Positions 47,096 to 55,444 of a stretch of 57,490 nt of DNA are shown in pieces. A program made the position numbers and the translations under genes. The notes below the pieces were generated by a model, which was given only the letters and a program-made list of their open reading frames with translations, ran no database searches and had not been told where the DNA came from. Source of the stretch: Candidatus Nanopelagicales bacterium. Lineage in GTDB: Bacteria > Actinomycetota > Actinomycetes > S36-B12 > CAIYMF01. The stretch covers positions 1-57,490 of the forward strand of contig JBAVLA010000111.1 of NCBI GenBank assembly GCA_049688595.1, given 5' to 3'. Numbering within the stretch: the stretch's first letter is position 1; every line of letters begins with the position of its first letter.

Positions 47096-49321
47096 ATGGG
47101 GAGGAGATCGCTCGTGGGTCCAGGTGCTCGGCTCGTCTCATCGCTCCTTGTGGGTTTGGCTCTGGTCGCGGAGACTGCGGGCATGATGCCCGCCACAGCG
47201 GCCACCACGCCCACAGTCACCTGCAGGGTCACCAAGCCCGGGAATCCAGTCAACACGATGATGGACACCCGCGTAACGGGCAACGTCACTTGCGTCCACT
47301 CGGGCGGGCGGGCTGTCACTTACTCCCTGGCACGGTACCTGGCAGACGTCTCCGGCCCGTTCAACGGCAAGGCATCCGTGGACAAGGCGAACGGGAACTT
47401 CGCCTACGTCCCCGGCTTCTACCCGCCAGATCCGGCCACCGGGGTGCAGGACCCCCTTCCCGAGTACTCCGGTCCCGATGAGTTCGTCGTGATCGGCACG
47501 GCCTCCGATGGACGCAAGGGCTCGGTGAAGGTCAACATCAACGTGACGGCCCGCCCCCATTCCTGTGATGCGACCTTCGTGGCGCAGACCCGGACGATGT
47601 TCAACAACCCGGCGGGCACCAGCGCCCAGCAGTACCAGATGCTGCGCTACCTGATCAAGATGATCGACTGCACGCCCCCCCGGAACCCGGATGGCTCGCA
47701 GGCCTCGATCAAGTTCAGCTTCTACTCCCTGAGCTACCCGCCGATCCAGGAGGCGCTGACCGCCGCCGCCAGGCGCGGCGTCTCGGTCCAGGCGCTGACC
47801 AACAGCCACGCCGACAAGTACTCGGCCTGGAAGCAGTTGGTCAAGACCATCGGCTCCAACCCGAATGCCGTCAACTTCGGTGTCACATGCTGGCAGGGCT
47901 GCCTGACACCCCGGACGCCGCCGGTGGCCGGGGGTCCCACGGCGTGGTACGACGCAGCCTCGACGACGCTGACCTCCCGGACCGTGGTCTTCAAGAACCG
48001 CTCGCTGCGGGGCGACCGGCCGATCGTGAAGTGGCGATGGAACTTCGGTGACGGCCATGGCGCGTCGGGACCGGGGCCGCACCGGAAGACCTATCGGAAG
48101 CCGGGGACGTATAAGACCTCCCTGACAGTCACGGACTCGGCCGGAGTCACGCACACCACTCGGGGCGAGAAGACCGTCCCCGACAACATGGAGCCCATGT
48201 ACCCTTCGCTGCACTCGAAGATCTACCTGTTCTCGACCGTGGGCACGGGCAAGAACCGGCGGCAGTGGGTCAGCGCATACAGCTCGGGCAACCCCACCTA
48301 CCAGCAATCGCGCAAGGGCTTCAACAACCTGAACATCGCGGTTGCTGACAAGGGCCTCTACGACATCCTCAGGCGGTACTTCGGCGACATGGTCGCGGCC
48401 TCGAAAGGCCAGATCCTGACGAGGAACTACTTCCGGACCTTCCGGTCCGCGGGCAACGCGAGCACAGGGGCCCGCCCCACCATCGTCCACCTCCTGCCGC
48501 AGACGAACGGTGACATCAACCGCGACATCCTCAAGACGGTCCGCTGCAGGTACAAGTCCGGCGGCAAGACCCAGCGGACCAGCATCCGGGTATCGGTGTT
48601 CGTGTTCACCAGGAAGGGACTGGCCCAGGACCTGTGGCGCCTCGCGTTCGAGAAGGGTTGCGATGTCGAGGTCGTCTACACGCAGATGAGCCAGCGCGTG
48701 AAGGGGGCCAACGGCAAGGCGCTGACTGGATACGGAGTTGCGGACTGCCTCTCCACCAAGCCGACGAAGACGATCGTGGTCAAGGCCAAGAAGGGCAAGT
48801 CGGCCAAGCGCAAGACGGTGGTCAACACGCTGCTGCGCAAGGGGAAGTGCAGCAAGGGGACGCTGCGCGGTCAGGTTCCCGTCACCCGCTCAGGAACGTG
48901 GCTGAATCGCAAGAGCAAGGTCACCGGTGGTCGGCTGACCGTACGGATGTCCTGCCCGGTCAAGCCCAAGTACGACACCGTGAAGAAGGTGTGGGCGGTC
49001 CTGTGCATCCGCAACGACATCTTCACCCACCACAAGATGATGCTGGTCAACGGCTATGTCAGGGGAAGCGCCCAGAAGTACGTGATGACCGGGTCGGCCA
49101 ACTGGTCATCACCCGGGCTGAGCGGATCGGATGAGCTGATCACCGAGATCCAGAACGCGCCCGCGCTGTACCAGCAGTACAAGGACAACTTCGACTTCCT
49201 GAAGAAGATCGTCGCCAAGAACAGCAAGAAGAAGAAGGGCTCGTACGTCCTGAACATATCGGGTGACCAGTCCATCGACGTCCGGGGCATGACCGACGAG
49301 CAGTTGGAGGGAATGGACTAG
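47096..49321 (+). CDS. secreted phospholipase D-superfamily protein with inserted PKD domain
   Basis: Signal-like N-terminus 'MGRRSLVGPGARLVSSLLVGLALVAETAG'. There are two HKD-type motifs, 'LHSKIYLFS...SSGN' and 'HHKMMLVNG...TGSANWS'. The PKD signature 'WRWNFGDGHGASGPGPHRKTYRKPGTYKTSLTVTDSAG' sits just before the first HKD. Confidence 0.8.
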   Translation: MGRRSLVGPGARLVSSLLVGLALVAETAGMMPATAATTPTVTCRVTKPGNPVNTMMDTRVTGNVTCVHSGGRAVTYSLARYLADVSGPFNGKASVDKANGNFAYVPGFYPPDPATGVQDPLPEYSGPDEFVVIGTASDGRKGSVKVNINVTARPHSCDATFVAQTRTMFNNPAGTSAQQYQMLRYLIKMIDCTPPRNPDGSQASIKFSFYSLSYPPIQEALTAAARRGVSVQALTNSHADKYSAWKQLVKTIGSNPNAVNFGVTCWQGCLTPRTPPVAGGPTAWYDAASTTLTSRTVVFKNRSLRGDRPIVKWRWNFGDGHGASGPGPHRKTYRKPGTYKTSLTVTDSAGVTHTTRGEKTVPDNMEPMYPSLHSKIYLFSTVGTGKNRRQWVSAYSSGNPTYQQSRKGFNNLNIAVADKGLYDILRRYFGDMVAASKGQILTRNYFRTFRSAGNASTGARPTIVHLLPQTNGDINRDILKTVRCRYKSGGKTQRTSIRVSVFVFTRKGLAQDLWRLAFEKGCDVEVVYTQMSQRVKGANGKALTGYGVADCLSTKPTKTIVVKAKKGKSAKRKTVVNTLLRKGKCSKGTLRGQVPVTRSGTWLNRKSKVTGGRLTVRMSCPVKPKYDTVKKVWAVLCIRNDIFTHHKMMLVNGYVRGSAQKYVMTGSANWSSPGLSGSDELITEIQNAPALYQQYKDNFDFLKKIVAKNSKKKKGSYVLNISGDQSIDVRGMTDEQLEGMD

Positions 49322-49349
49322 GCGCCGTAGCGGCGAGATCGGAGGTGAA

Positions 49350-49373
49350 GGCTCCGCGGGATCCCGCGGAGCC
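49350..49373. terminator. 24-nt perfect palindrome between convergent genes
   Basis: ggctccgcgggatcccgcggagcc begins 29 nt after the PLD-like stop and could act bidirectionally. Confidence 0.5.
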
Positions 49374-49539
49374 ATCACCATTGCGAAATTGCGTTCGCCC
49401 TCCGGCTGGGCGCAGGCACGGCATTTCGAAGATCACCGCATCGTGCGGAGCGCCGCATCCGGTGGAATCGTGTGGTACATCGCGGACCCGGGGGCGGCGT
49501 CGTCACCCCCATGCTGGACCGTGCTCCCTGGACTTCGCC

Positions 49540-50667
49540 TCAATCCGGGGGCGGGGCGAAGAACCGGATGAGCGCCGCTGTGATGGCCCGCGCGATCTGG
49601 TCGCGCCCGTCGGAGTCACCAAGGCGAGCGGCGTCCTGCTCGTTGGTCAAGTAGCCCAGGTCCAGATGCACGCACGGCATCCGGGTCAGGCGAAGGAGCT
49701 CCCAGGACTTCGGGTGCGCACCGCAGTTCCGCGCTGTGCTGCGCACGGAGATCTCCTCGAGGAGCAGCTCGGCCAGAGTCTGCCCGGCGACCGACCTGGC
49801 ACCGCCGGCCGCGACGGCGCCGAAGTAGAAGGCCGCCATCCCGTTGGCCTCAGGGTTGGGATGGGTGTCGCAGTGCAGGGAGACGACCGCGTCAGCCGAG
49901 ACCTCGTTGGCGATCGCCGCCCGTGCCGACTCGTCGAAGGACGTGTGGCCAGCGCGGGCCGGCCCTGTCACCAGGACAGTGGTGCCCAACGCAGCCAGGC
50001 GGCGCTCCACCCTGACGGCGATGTCTGCGGCGATGTCCTCCTCGGACAGCCCGTGCCCGACGTGGCCGCGGCGCAAGTGGTCCGGGCCAGCATCGATGAG
50101 CACGACCTTGTGGGTCACTCCGGTGCGCAGGACGTCGAAGGCCTGCTGCTCCCGCAGCAGGGTCGAAGCCCCACCACTGACCGTCCTCGTGAGCCGGGAC
50201 AGGGCGCGGAACGTATCCGGTCCGGCGGTGCCGTCAGTGGGCAGACCTGTGTTCAACTGGAACTCGCGGACGGCGTGGTCGGTCCTGCGCCCGAAGATGC
50301 CGTCCGGTCTGCCGGGCGAGAAGCCCAGGCCGATGAGGCGCTCCTGGAGGGCCAGGACGTCGTCGCCAACCATCAGATGCGACGGCATGAACGACATGAC
50401 CCGGTCCCCCAGGCGCCAGCGGGCTTCCTCGAGCATCCTGAAGGTCTGCTTGCCGACGATGCCGTCCACTGACAGGCCCCGCTCCTGCTGGAACTGGCGC
50501 ACCGCCTGATCCACATGGTCGTCGAAGGCGTCCCCGTGGCCCTCAGTCAGAAGGCCCAATCGGTGGAGTCGGTGCCGGATCTCGGCGACAGCGGGGCCGG
50601 AGGCTCCGAGTCGATATGTCTGACCCGCGGATCCTCGCGGTGGCGGCGATGTGGGTGGCGGGTACAT
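49540..50667 (-). CDS. cwlM: CwlM-like N-acetylmuramoyl-L-alanine amidase family protein with two peptidoglycan-binding domains
   Basis: Two PG_binding_1 repeats ('AVRQFQQERGLSVDGIVGKQT', 'AVREFQLNTGLPTDGTAGPDT') plus an Amidase_3 domain ('VVSLHCD'). The start is the ATG at 50667, because the longer ORF overlaps trxA. Confidence 0.85.
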   Translation of the reverse strand: MYPPPTSPPPRGSAGQTYRLGASGPAVAEIRHRLHRLGLLTEGHGDAFDDHVDQAVRQFQQERGLSVDGIVGKQTFRMLEEARWRLGDRVMSFMPSHLMVGDDVLALQERLIGLGFSPGRPDGIFGRRTDHAVREFQLNTGLPTDGTAGPDTFRALSRLTRTVSGGASTLLREQQAFDVLRTGVTHKVVLIDAGPDHLRRGHVGHGLSEEDIAADIAVRVERRLAALGTTVLVTGPARAGHTSFDESARAAIANEVSADAVVSLHCDTHPNPEANGMAAFYFGAVAAGGARSVAGQTLAELLLEEISVRSTARNCGAHPKSWELLRLTRMPCVHLDLGYLTNEQDAARLGDSDGRDQIARAITAALIRFFAPPPD

Positions 50668-50687
50668 GGCAGGCAGGGAGCCAGACG

Positions 50688-51008
50688 TCAGATGAACTCG
50701 GCCAGATCCCTCAGGAGTGCAGCCTTGGGCTTCGCCCCGATGATCTGCTTGACCACTCGACCACCCTTGAAGACGTTCAAGGTGGGGATCGAGACGATGC
50801 CGTGCGCGGCGGCGGTGCGCGGGTTCTCGTCGACATTGAGCTTGGCGATCCGGACCTTGTCGCCGTGTGCGACGCTGATCTCCTCGAGGATCGGCGCGAC
50901 CAGGCGGCACGGCCCGCACCACGCAGCCCAGTAGTCGACGATCACCGGCTTGTCCGACTTCAGCACGTCGTCAGCGAAAGTGGCGTCGGTCACGACCTGC
51001 ATGGGCAT
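50688..51008 (-). CDS. trxA: thioredoxin
   Basis: 106 aa with the 'DYWAAWCGPCR' active site. Confidence 0.95.
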   Translation of the reverse strand: MPMQVVTDATFADDVLKSDKPVIVDYWAAWCGPCRLVAPILEEISVAHGDKVRIAKLNVDENPRTAAAHGIVSIPTLNVFKGGRVVKQIIGAKPKAALLRDLAEFI

Positions 51009-51048
51009 GGGTACTCCTTGTCGTCAGGCATGTGAAGTCTAACGGTGC

Positions 51049-52047
51049 TCACGGCGTGGCCACGAGCCCATGCGCCCGGTCAGCAAGGTACCGCTGGGCG
51101 TCCAATGCGGCGGCGCAGCCGCTTCCGGCAGCGGTGATCGCCTGGCGGTAGGTGTGATCGACGAGATCCCCGGCGGCGAACACGCCGGGGAGCACCGCTG
51201 AATCGGCCAGGACCCTGGTGGAGCGGACCTCCACCTCGACGTAGCCGGCAGGATCGGTGTCCACCTGGCCGCGCACCAGCTCCGAGCGTGGGTCGTGGCC
51301 GATCGCGACGAACAGCCCAGTGACCGGGAGCTCCCGGGTGGCACCCGAGCGGACGTCAGCCAGGGTGACGGAGGCTACCCTCTCGGCGCCGTTTATGGCG
51401 GTGACCACGCTGTTCCAGGCGAACCTCAGCTTGGGGTTGGCGTGGGCACGCTCGGCCATGATGTGACTCGCGCGGAGCTGATCGCGGCGATGGACGATCG
51501 TGACTGAGTCGGCGAACTTCGTCAGGAACAGCGCCTCCTCGATCGCGGAGTCGCCCCCGCCGACGACGGCGATGGCCTGACCCCGGAAGAAGAACCCGTC
51601 GCACGTGGCACACCACGAGACCCCGTGGCCGGAGAGGCGCTTCTCGTCGGGCAGTCCGAGTTCGCGGTAGCCCGATCCCATGGCCAGGATCACCGCGTTC
51701 GCTCGATGCTGGCGGCCCTCGCCGTCGACCACGACCTTGACCGGCCCGTCCAACGTGATTGACGTGGCGTCGTCGGTGATGAGATCTGCGCCGAACCGCT
51801 CAGCTTGGGCGCGCATGTTGTCCATGAGGTCAGGACCCATGATCCCCTGCGGGAAGCCGGGGTAGTTCTCCACCTCAGTGGTGTTCATCAGCGCGCCGCC
51901 CGCCGTCACCGCACCCTCGAGGAGCAGTGGCCGGAGGTTCGCCCGGGCCGCGTAGATGGCAGCCGTGTACCCGGCTGGGCCGGATCCCACGATCACCAGG
52001 TCTCGGACATCGTCAGCCACGTGTGCACCTCTCGATCTGCCATCCAA
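51049..52047 (-). CDS. trxB: thioredoxin-disulfide reductase
   Basis: '[19 protein letters not shown]', the redox centre 'WCATCDG' and '[12 protein letters not shown]'. The start could be the GTG at 52020. Confidence 0.94.
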   Translation of the reverse strand: MDGRSRGAHVADDVRDLVIVGSGPAGYTAAIYAARANLRPLLLEGAVTAGGALMNTTEVENYPGFPQGIMGPDLMDNMRAQAERFGADLITDDATSITLDGPVKVVVDGEGRQHRANAVILAMGSGYRELGLPDEKRLSGHGVSWCATCDGFFFRGQAIAVVGGGDSAIEEALFLTKFADSVTIVHRRDQLRASHIMAERAHANPKLRFAWNSVVTAINGAERVASVTLADVRSGATRELPVTGLFVAIGHDPRSELVRGQVDTDPAGYVEVEVRSTRVLADSAVLPGVFAAGDLVDHTYRQAITAAGSGCAAALDAQRYLADRAHGLVATP

Positions 52048-52119
52048 CCGGTCTGTAGATCCGCAGCCTCTCGCGCCGGTCCTCCGCGCGGGAACTGGGC
52101 CGACTGTGGCCAGCTGGCG

Positions 52120-53565
52120 TCAGCTGGTCACCTTCACCTCGCGGATCCCGCCGCGCCAGCCTCCGTCCACCTGGGGCAGGCCGGTCATCCAGACCAGCAC
52201 GTACCTGGCTGAGGCGGGTCGCGGGCTCTTGAGCCGGACCTTCTCACCGGCCTCGGTGGCCTGGGCCATGAGCTCATAGCTCTTGGGGCTCTTGCCGGGC
52301 TCGTTGCTTGTCAGGACCTGCAGGTCCGTGCCGTTGCCGACGAGGTTGAGCGTCACGCTCCCAACCGACCGGGGCGCTCCGAGGTCGAGCAGGACGCCGA
52401 CACCCGGCTTGTCGAGGCTCTTGTTGTAGTACGTGACCGTGCGCCAAGCGGTGTTCCGGTCGCCGTCGTAGGAGAACGGGATCCGGCCGGGGTTCTCCTC
52501 GCCGTTGCCGAGCGGATCGAAGTCCCGGGCGCTGGCAATGCGGTAGGTGACGACCTGCGGCGTGGCATCGGCATTGCCGGACTGGGTCGGCTTGGCGCTC
52601 GTGCTGGCTGGGCCACCGGCGGAAGCGGCGTCCCTGTGAAGGAGGTTCCAGAGGAGGGCGCCGAGGCACAGCACAGCGAGCAGTGCGCCGACGGCCACGA
52701 GGATCCGGGGCCAGGCCTTCGTCCTTCGGTGCGTGCTGGACGAGAAGTGCCAGCGCTTCCCCGTGAGGTCCGTGAGGCTGGCACCGAGCATCTCCCTGGC
52801 TTGGGATGCTGCGGTCAGCACTGGTCGGCCGCGGGGGGGCACGACGGAGATGACAGTCCGGGCGCAGATGTCGTCAAGGGACTCGGGGACGTCTGCCAGG
52901 ATCCGGGACGGCGGAGGAGTATGGCCCTCCACCTGCGGGGCCGCCGGAACGCCTGCCACGTCCTCGTCGCCCGGCCAACGCCCGGTCAGGCAGGCGTAGA
53001 GCGCGGCGCCGATCCCATGCAGGTCGGCGCGGACCGGGTCGCCCTGCGCCGCCGGTTCGATCCCAGCGAGGACCCCGTCGATTCCGAAGCCGGAGATCCG
53101 GACCTCCCCGTCCGGCCCGATGAGGACATTCGAGGGACGGAGCCGACCATGGGCGATCCCCTTGGCATGGGCGGACTCGATGCCACGAGCCACCTCGAAG
53201 GCGATGCGACCAGCCTCCACGGGGTTCATCGGCTCGGTCAGGTGATCACGAAGGACCTCGCCCTCCACCCACTCAGTGACGACCACGAGATGCGTGTCGC
53301 TCCAGAACGCGTCCAGGACGCGCACGATCCGTCGGTCGTCGATCGTCGCAGCAGTCTGAGTCGCCACTTCGACGTCGAGGACGAACTCATTGTCCAGCGG
53401 GATCAGCCAGAGTGCGACCTCGCGGTTCAGGGTGCCGTCCACTGCCCGCCAGATCTGGCATCCGGGGCGATCCTCCACGAGGTCGGCAAGGGTGAACCGC
53501 CCGACCTGGCGGTTGGGTGTGACGCTGCCCAGGCCCATGTTGTTCACAAGGGCATGGTAGGACAC
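52120..53565 (-). CDS. protein-kinase-like pseudokinase with TM segment and extracytoplasmic discoidin/CBM-like domain
   Basis: Kinase fold with degenerate catalytic motifs: 'EVALWLI' replaces VAIK, 'HGRLRPSN' replaces HRDLKPxN, and 'GFG' replaces DFG. A TM helix 'ILVAVGALLAVLCLGALLW' and a C-terminal 'DGDRNTAWRT...YVLVWMT' follow. Confidence 0.8.
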   Translation of the reverse strand: MSYHALVNNMGLGSVTPNRQVGRFTLADLVEDRPGCQIWRAVDGTLNREVALWLIPLDNEFVLDVEVATQTAATIDDRRIVRVLDAFWSDTHLVVVTEWVEGEVLRDHLTEPMNPVEAGRIAFEVARGIESAHAKGIAHGRLRPSNVLIGPDGEVRISGFGIDGVLAGIEPAAQGDPVRADLHGIGAALYACLTGRWPGDEDVAGVPAAPQVEGHTPPPSRILADVPESLDDICARTVISVVPPRGRPVLTAASQAREMLGASLTDLTGKRWHFSSSTHRRTKAWPRILVAVGALLAVLCLGALLWNLLHRDAASAGGPASTSAKPTQSGNADATPQVVTYRIASARDFDPLGNGEENPGRIPFSYDGDRNTAWRTVTYYNKSLDKPGVGVLLDLGAPRSVGSVTLNLVGNGTDLQVLTSNEPGKSPKSYELMAQATEAGEKVRLKSPRPASARYVLVWMTGLPQVDGGWRGGIREVKVTS

Positions 53566-53680
53566 AACGGCCGAGCGCCGGTTGAGGGCGCCGACGGCGA
53601 GCCGGACGCGTCTGGAATGCTCGGAATGTCAGGGCCGACACGTGGCGCCGTTGGCCTGCACGACGTGCTCGCCACTTGGC

Positions 53681-55402
53681 TCAGCGGCCCAGCCGACTGC
53701 GCAGCATCGCGACGGCCCGGGACACCTCCCGGATGCGCAGCGCCCGCGCGGCGAGCAAGTAGGTCACCAGGCCGACCAAGCTCGCGACCACCAGGGCGAC
53801 GACCTGCTGGACGCGCGAGTCCCACAGGCCGTCGAACAGCATGTCCTGGCCTATGAGTCCGACTGCCACGGCCGCCCCGGCGATCACGCCGGCGAGGATC
53901 ATCCGGAAGACTGCCCCCCAGGTGTCCCGGGTGCGCAGGTCACCCAGCCGCCGGCCCAGGACTGGCCAGGCCACGGCCATCATGGCCCAGTAGGTCAGCC
54001 CGAAGGCGAGCCCGATGGCCGGGACCTTCCACTGGGTGGGCACGGCGTAGAAGAACGCGATGCTCAGTGTGACGTTGATCGTGTTGAGGACCAGGGAGAG
54101 GTGGAAGGGGGTCTTCGTGTCCTCGAGCGCGTACCACCCTCGCAGGAGGATGTAGTAGATCGAGAACGGCACCAGGCCGATCAGCATGCCGATGACCGTG
54201 TAGCCGATCTGGTAGGAGGCGTCCCTTGCCGCCGCCCCGTAGCCGAACAGGAGCGCCGACAGGAACGGGGCCAGCGGCAGGAGGACTGCGGTCATCGGCA
54301 CCGCCAGCGCCGTGACGGTCCGGATCGTGTCGGTCATCGACCGGGTCATGGTGTCGTACTGCTTGGCGTGGGCGACCCGGCTCAGGCCCGGCAGCAGTGC
54401 GGTCACCAGCGACACGGTCACGACTGAATGCGGCAGGAAGAAGATCAGGTTGGCCTTCAGGTAGGTGGAGATGCCGGCCTCGGGCAGGCCCTCCGCAGCG
54501 GCCATCAGGTTGGCTGATGTGGCCAGGCGGCTGTGGACGATGTATGAGACCTGGTTGGCCGCCAGCAGGCCGAACGTCCACCCGGCCAAGCTCCCGGTTC
54601 GGCTGAATCCCCAGCCGCGCCAGTCGAACCGGGGGTGCCAGCGGTAGCCCGTCGAGCGCAGTGACGGAACCAGGATCAGCGCCTGGGTTGCCACCGCGAT
54701 CGTCGACCCGATCCCCAGCCAGGCCGCCTGCTCGGGCTCGAGCATCCCATCCTCGACTGCGGCCGGTCCGGCCACCACCAGGAACGAGGCGAACACGGCG
54801 ATCGCGACCACGTTGTTGGCGATCGGCGCGAACATCGGCGCGGTGAACCGGCCGCGGGCGTTGAGCACCTGCGAGAGCATCGTGAACAGGCCGTAGAAGA
54901 AGATCTGCGGCAGGCAGAACCGGGCGAACGCCACCGCCAGCGACATCTGCTCGGAGGTGTAGTCCGGCGATGCGTAGATGCTGGTGAGGAACGGTGCGAA
55001 CAGCAGTGCCACGCCAGTCACCAGGAGCAGCACCACACCGGTCAGGGTCATGAGGCGGTCCGCGAAGCCCAGGCCGCCGTCGGTGTCGTCCTTCATCCGA
55101 CGCACGAGCTGGGGCACGAAGATCGCATTCATCGCGCCGCCGACGGTGAGTGCGTACAGCTGGTTGGGGATCGAGTTGCCCAAGGTGAAGACGTCGGCAA
55201 CGATCCCGAGTCCGAGGGCCGCGGTCATGGTTATGTCCCGCATGAGGCCAGTGATCCGGCTGACGATCGTGCCCATCGCCATCCACGCGCCCTTGGCCAG
55301 CAGCTCTCCCTGACGGGGGGCCTCGACGGCGGCGGAATCCGGCTCAACGATGGGCTCGGAGTCCTCGGGCACCATGTCGCTGGGCATCATCTCGTCGGGC
55401 AT
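53681..55402 (-). CDS. murJ: lipid II flippase MurJ (MviN)
   Basis: 573 aa and polytopic. 'VSRITGLMRDITMTAALG', 'NSIPNQLYALTVGGAMNAIFVPQL' and 'FAPIANN'. Confidence 0.9.
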   Translation of the reverse strand: MPDEMMPSDMVPEDSEPIVEPDSAAVEAPRQGELLAKGAWMAMGTIVSRITGLMRDITMTAALGLGIVADVFTLGNSIPNQLYALTVGGAMNAIFVPQLVRRMKDDTDGGLGFADRLMTLTGVVLLLVTGVALLFAPFLTSIYASPDYTSEQMSLAVAFARFCLPQIFFYGLFTMLSQVLNARGRFTAPMFAPIANNVVAIAVFASFLVVAGPAAVEDGMLEPEQAAWLGIGSTIAVATQALILVPSLRSTGYRWHPRFDWRGWGFSRTGSLAGWTFGLLAANQVSYIVHSRLATSANLMAAAEGLPEAGISTYLKANLIFFLPHSVVTVSLVTALLPGLSRVAHAKQYDTMTRSMTDTIRTVTALAVPMTAVLLPLAPFLSALLFGYGAAARDASYQIGYTVIGMLIGLVPFSIYYILLRGWYALEDTKTPFHLSLVLNTINVTLSIAFFYAVPTQWKVPAIGLAFGLTYWAMMAVAWPVLGRRLGDLRTRDTWGAVFRMILAGVIAGAAVAVGLIGQDMLFDGLWDSRVQQVVALVVASLVGLVTYLLAARALRIREVSRAVAMLRSRLGR

Positions 55403-55444
55403 CGGCGCCTCCGTCCGTGGCCGCGGCCACCCTACAACCGGCGC

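Noticed and set aside
46861-47319. 153-aa N-terminal extension of the aminotransferase ORF (to 47319)
   Set aside because: It would overlap the SD-supported small ORF and the start of the PLD-like gene. The conserved aminotransferase sequence begins at 'MTGGTRLDPWF' (46860).
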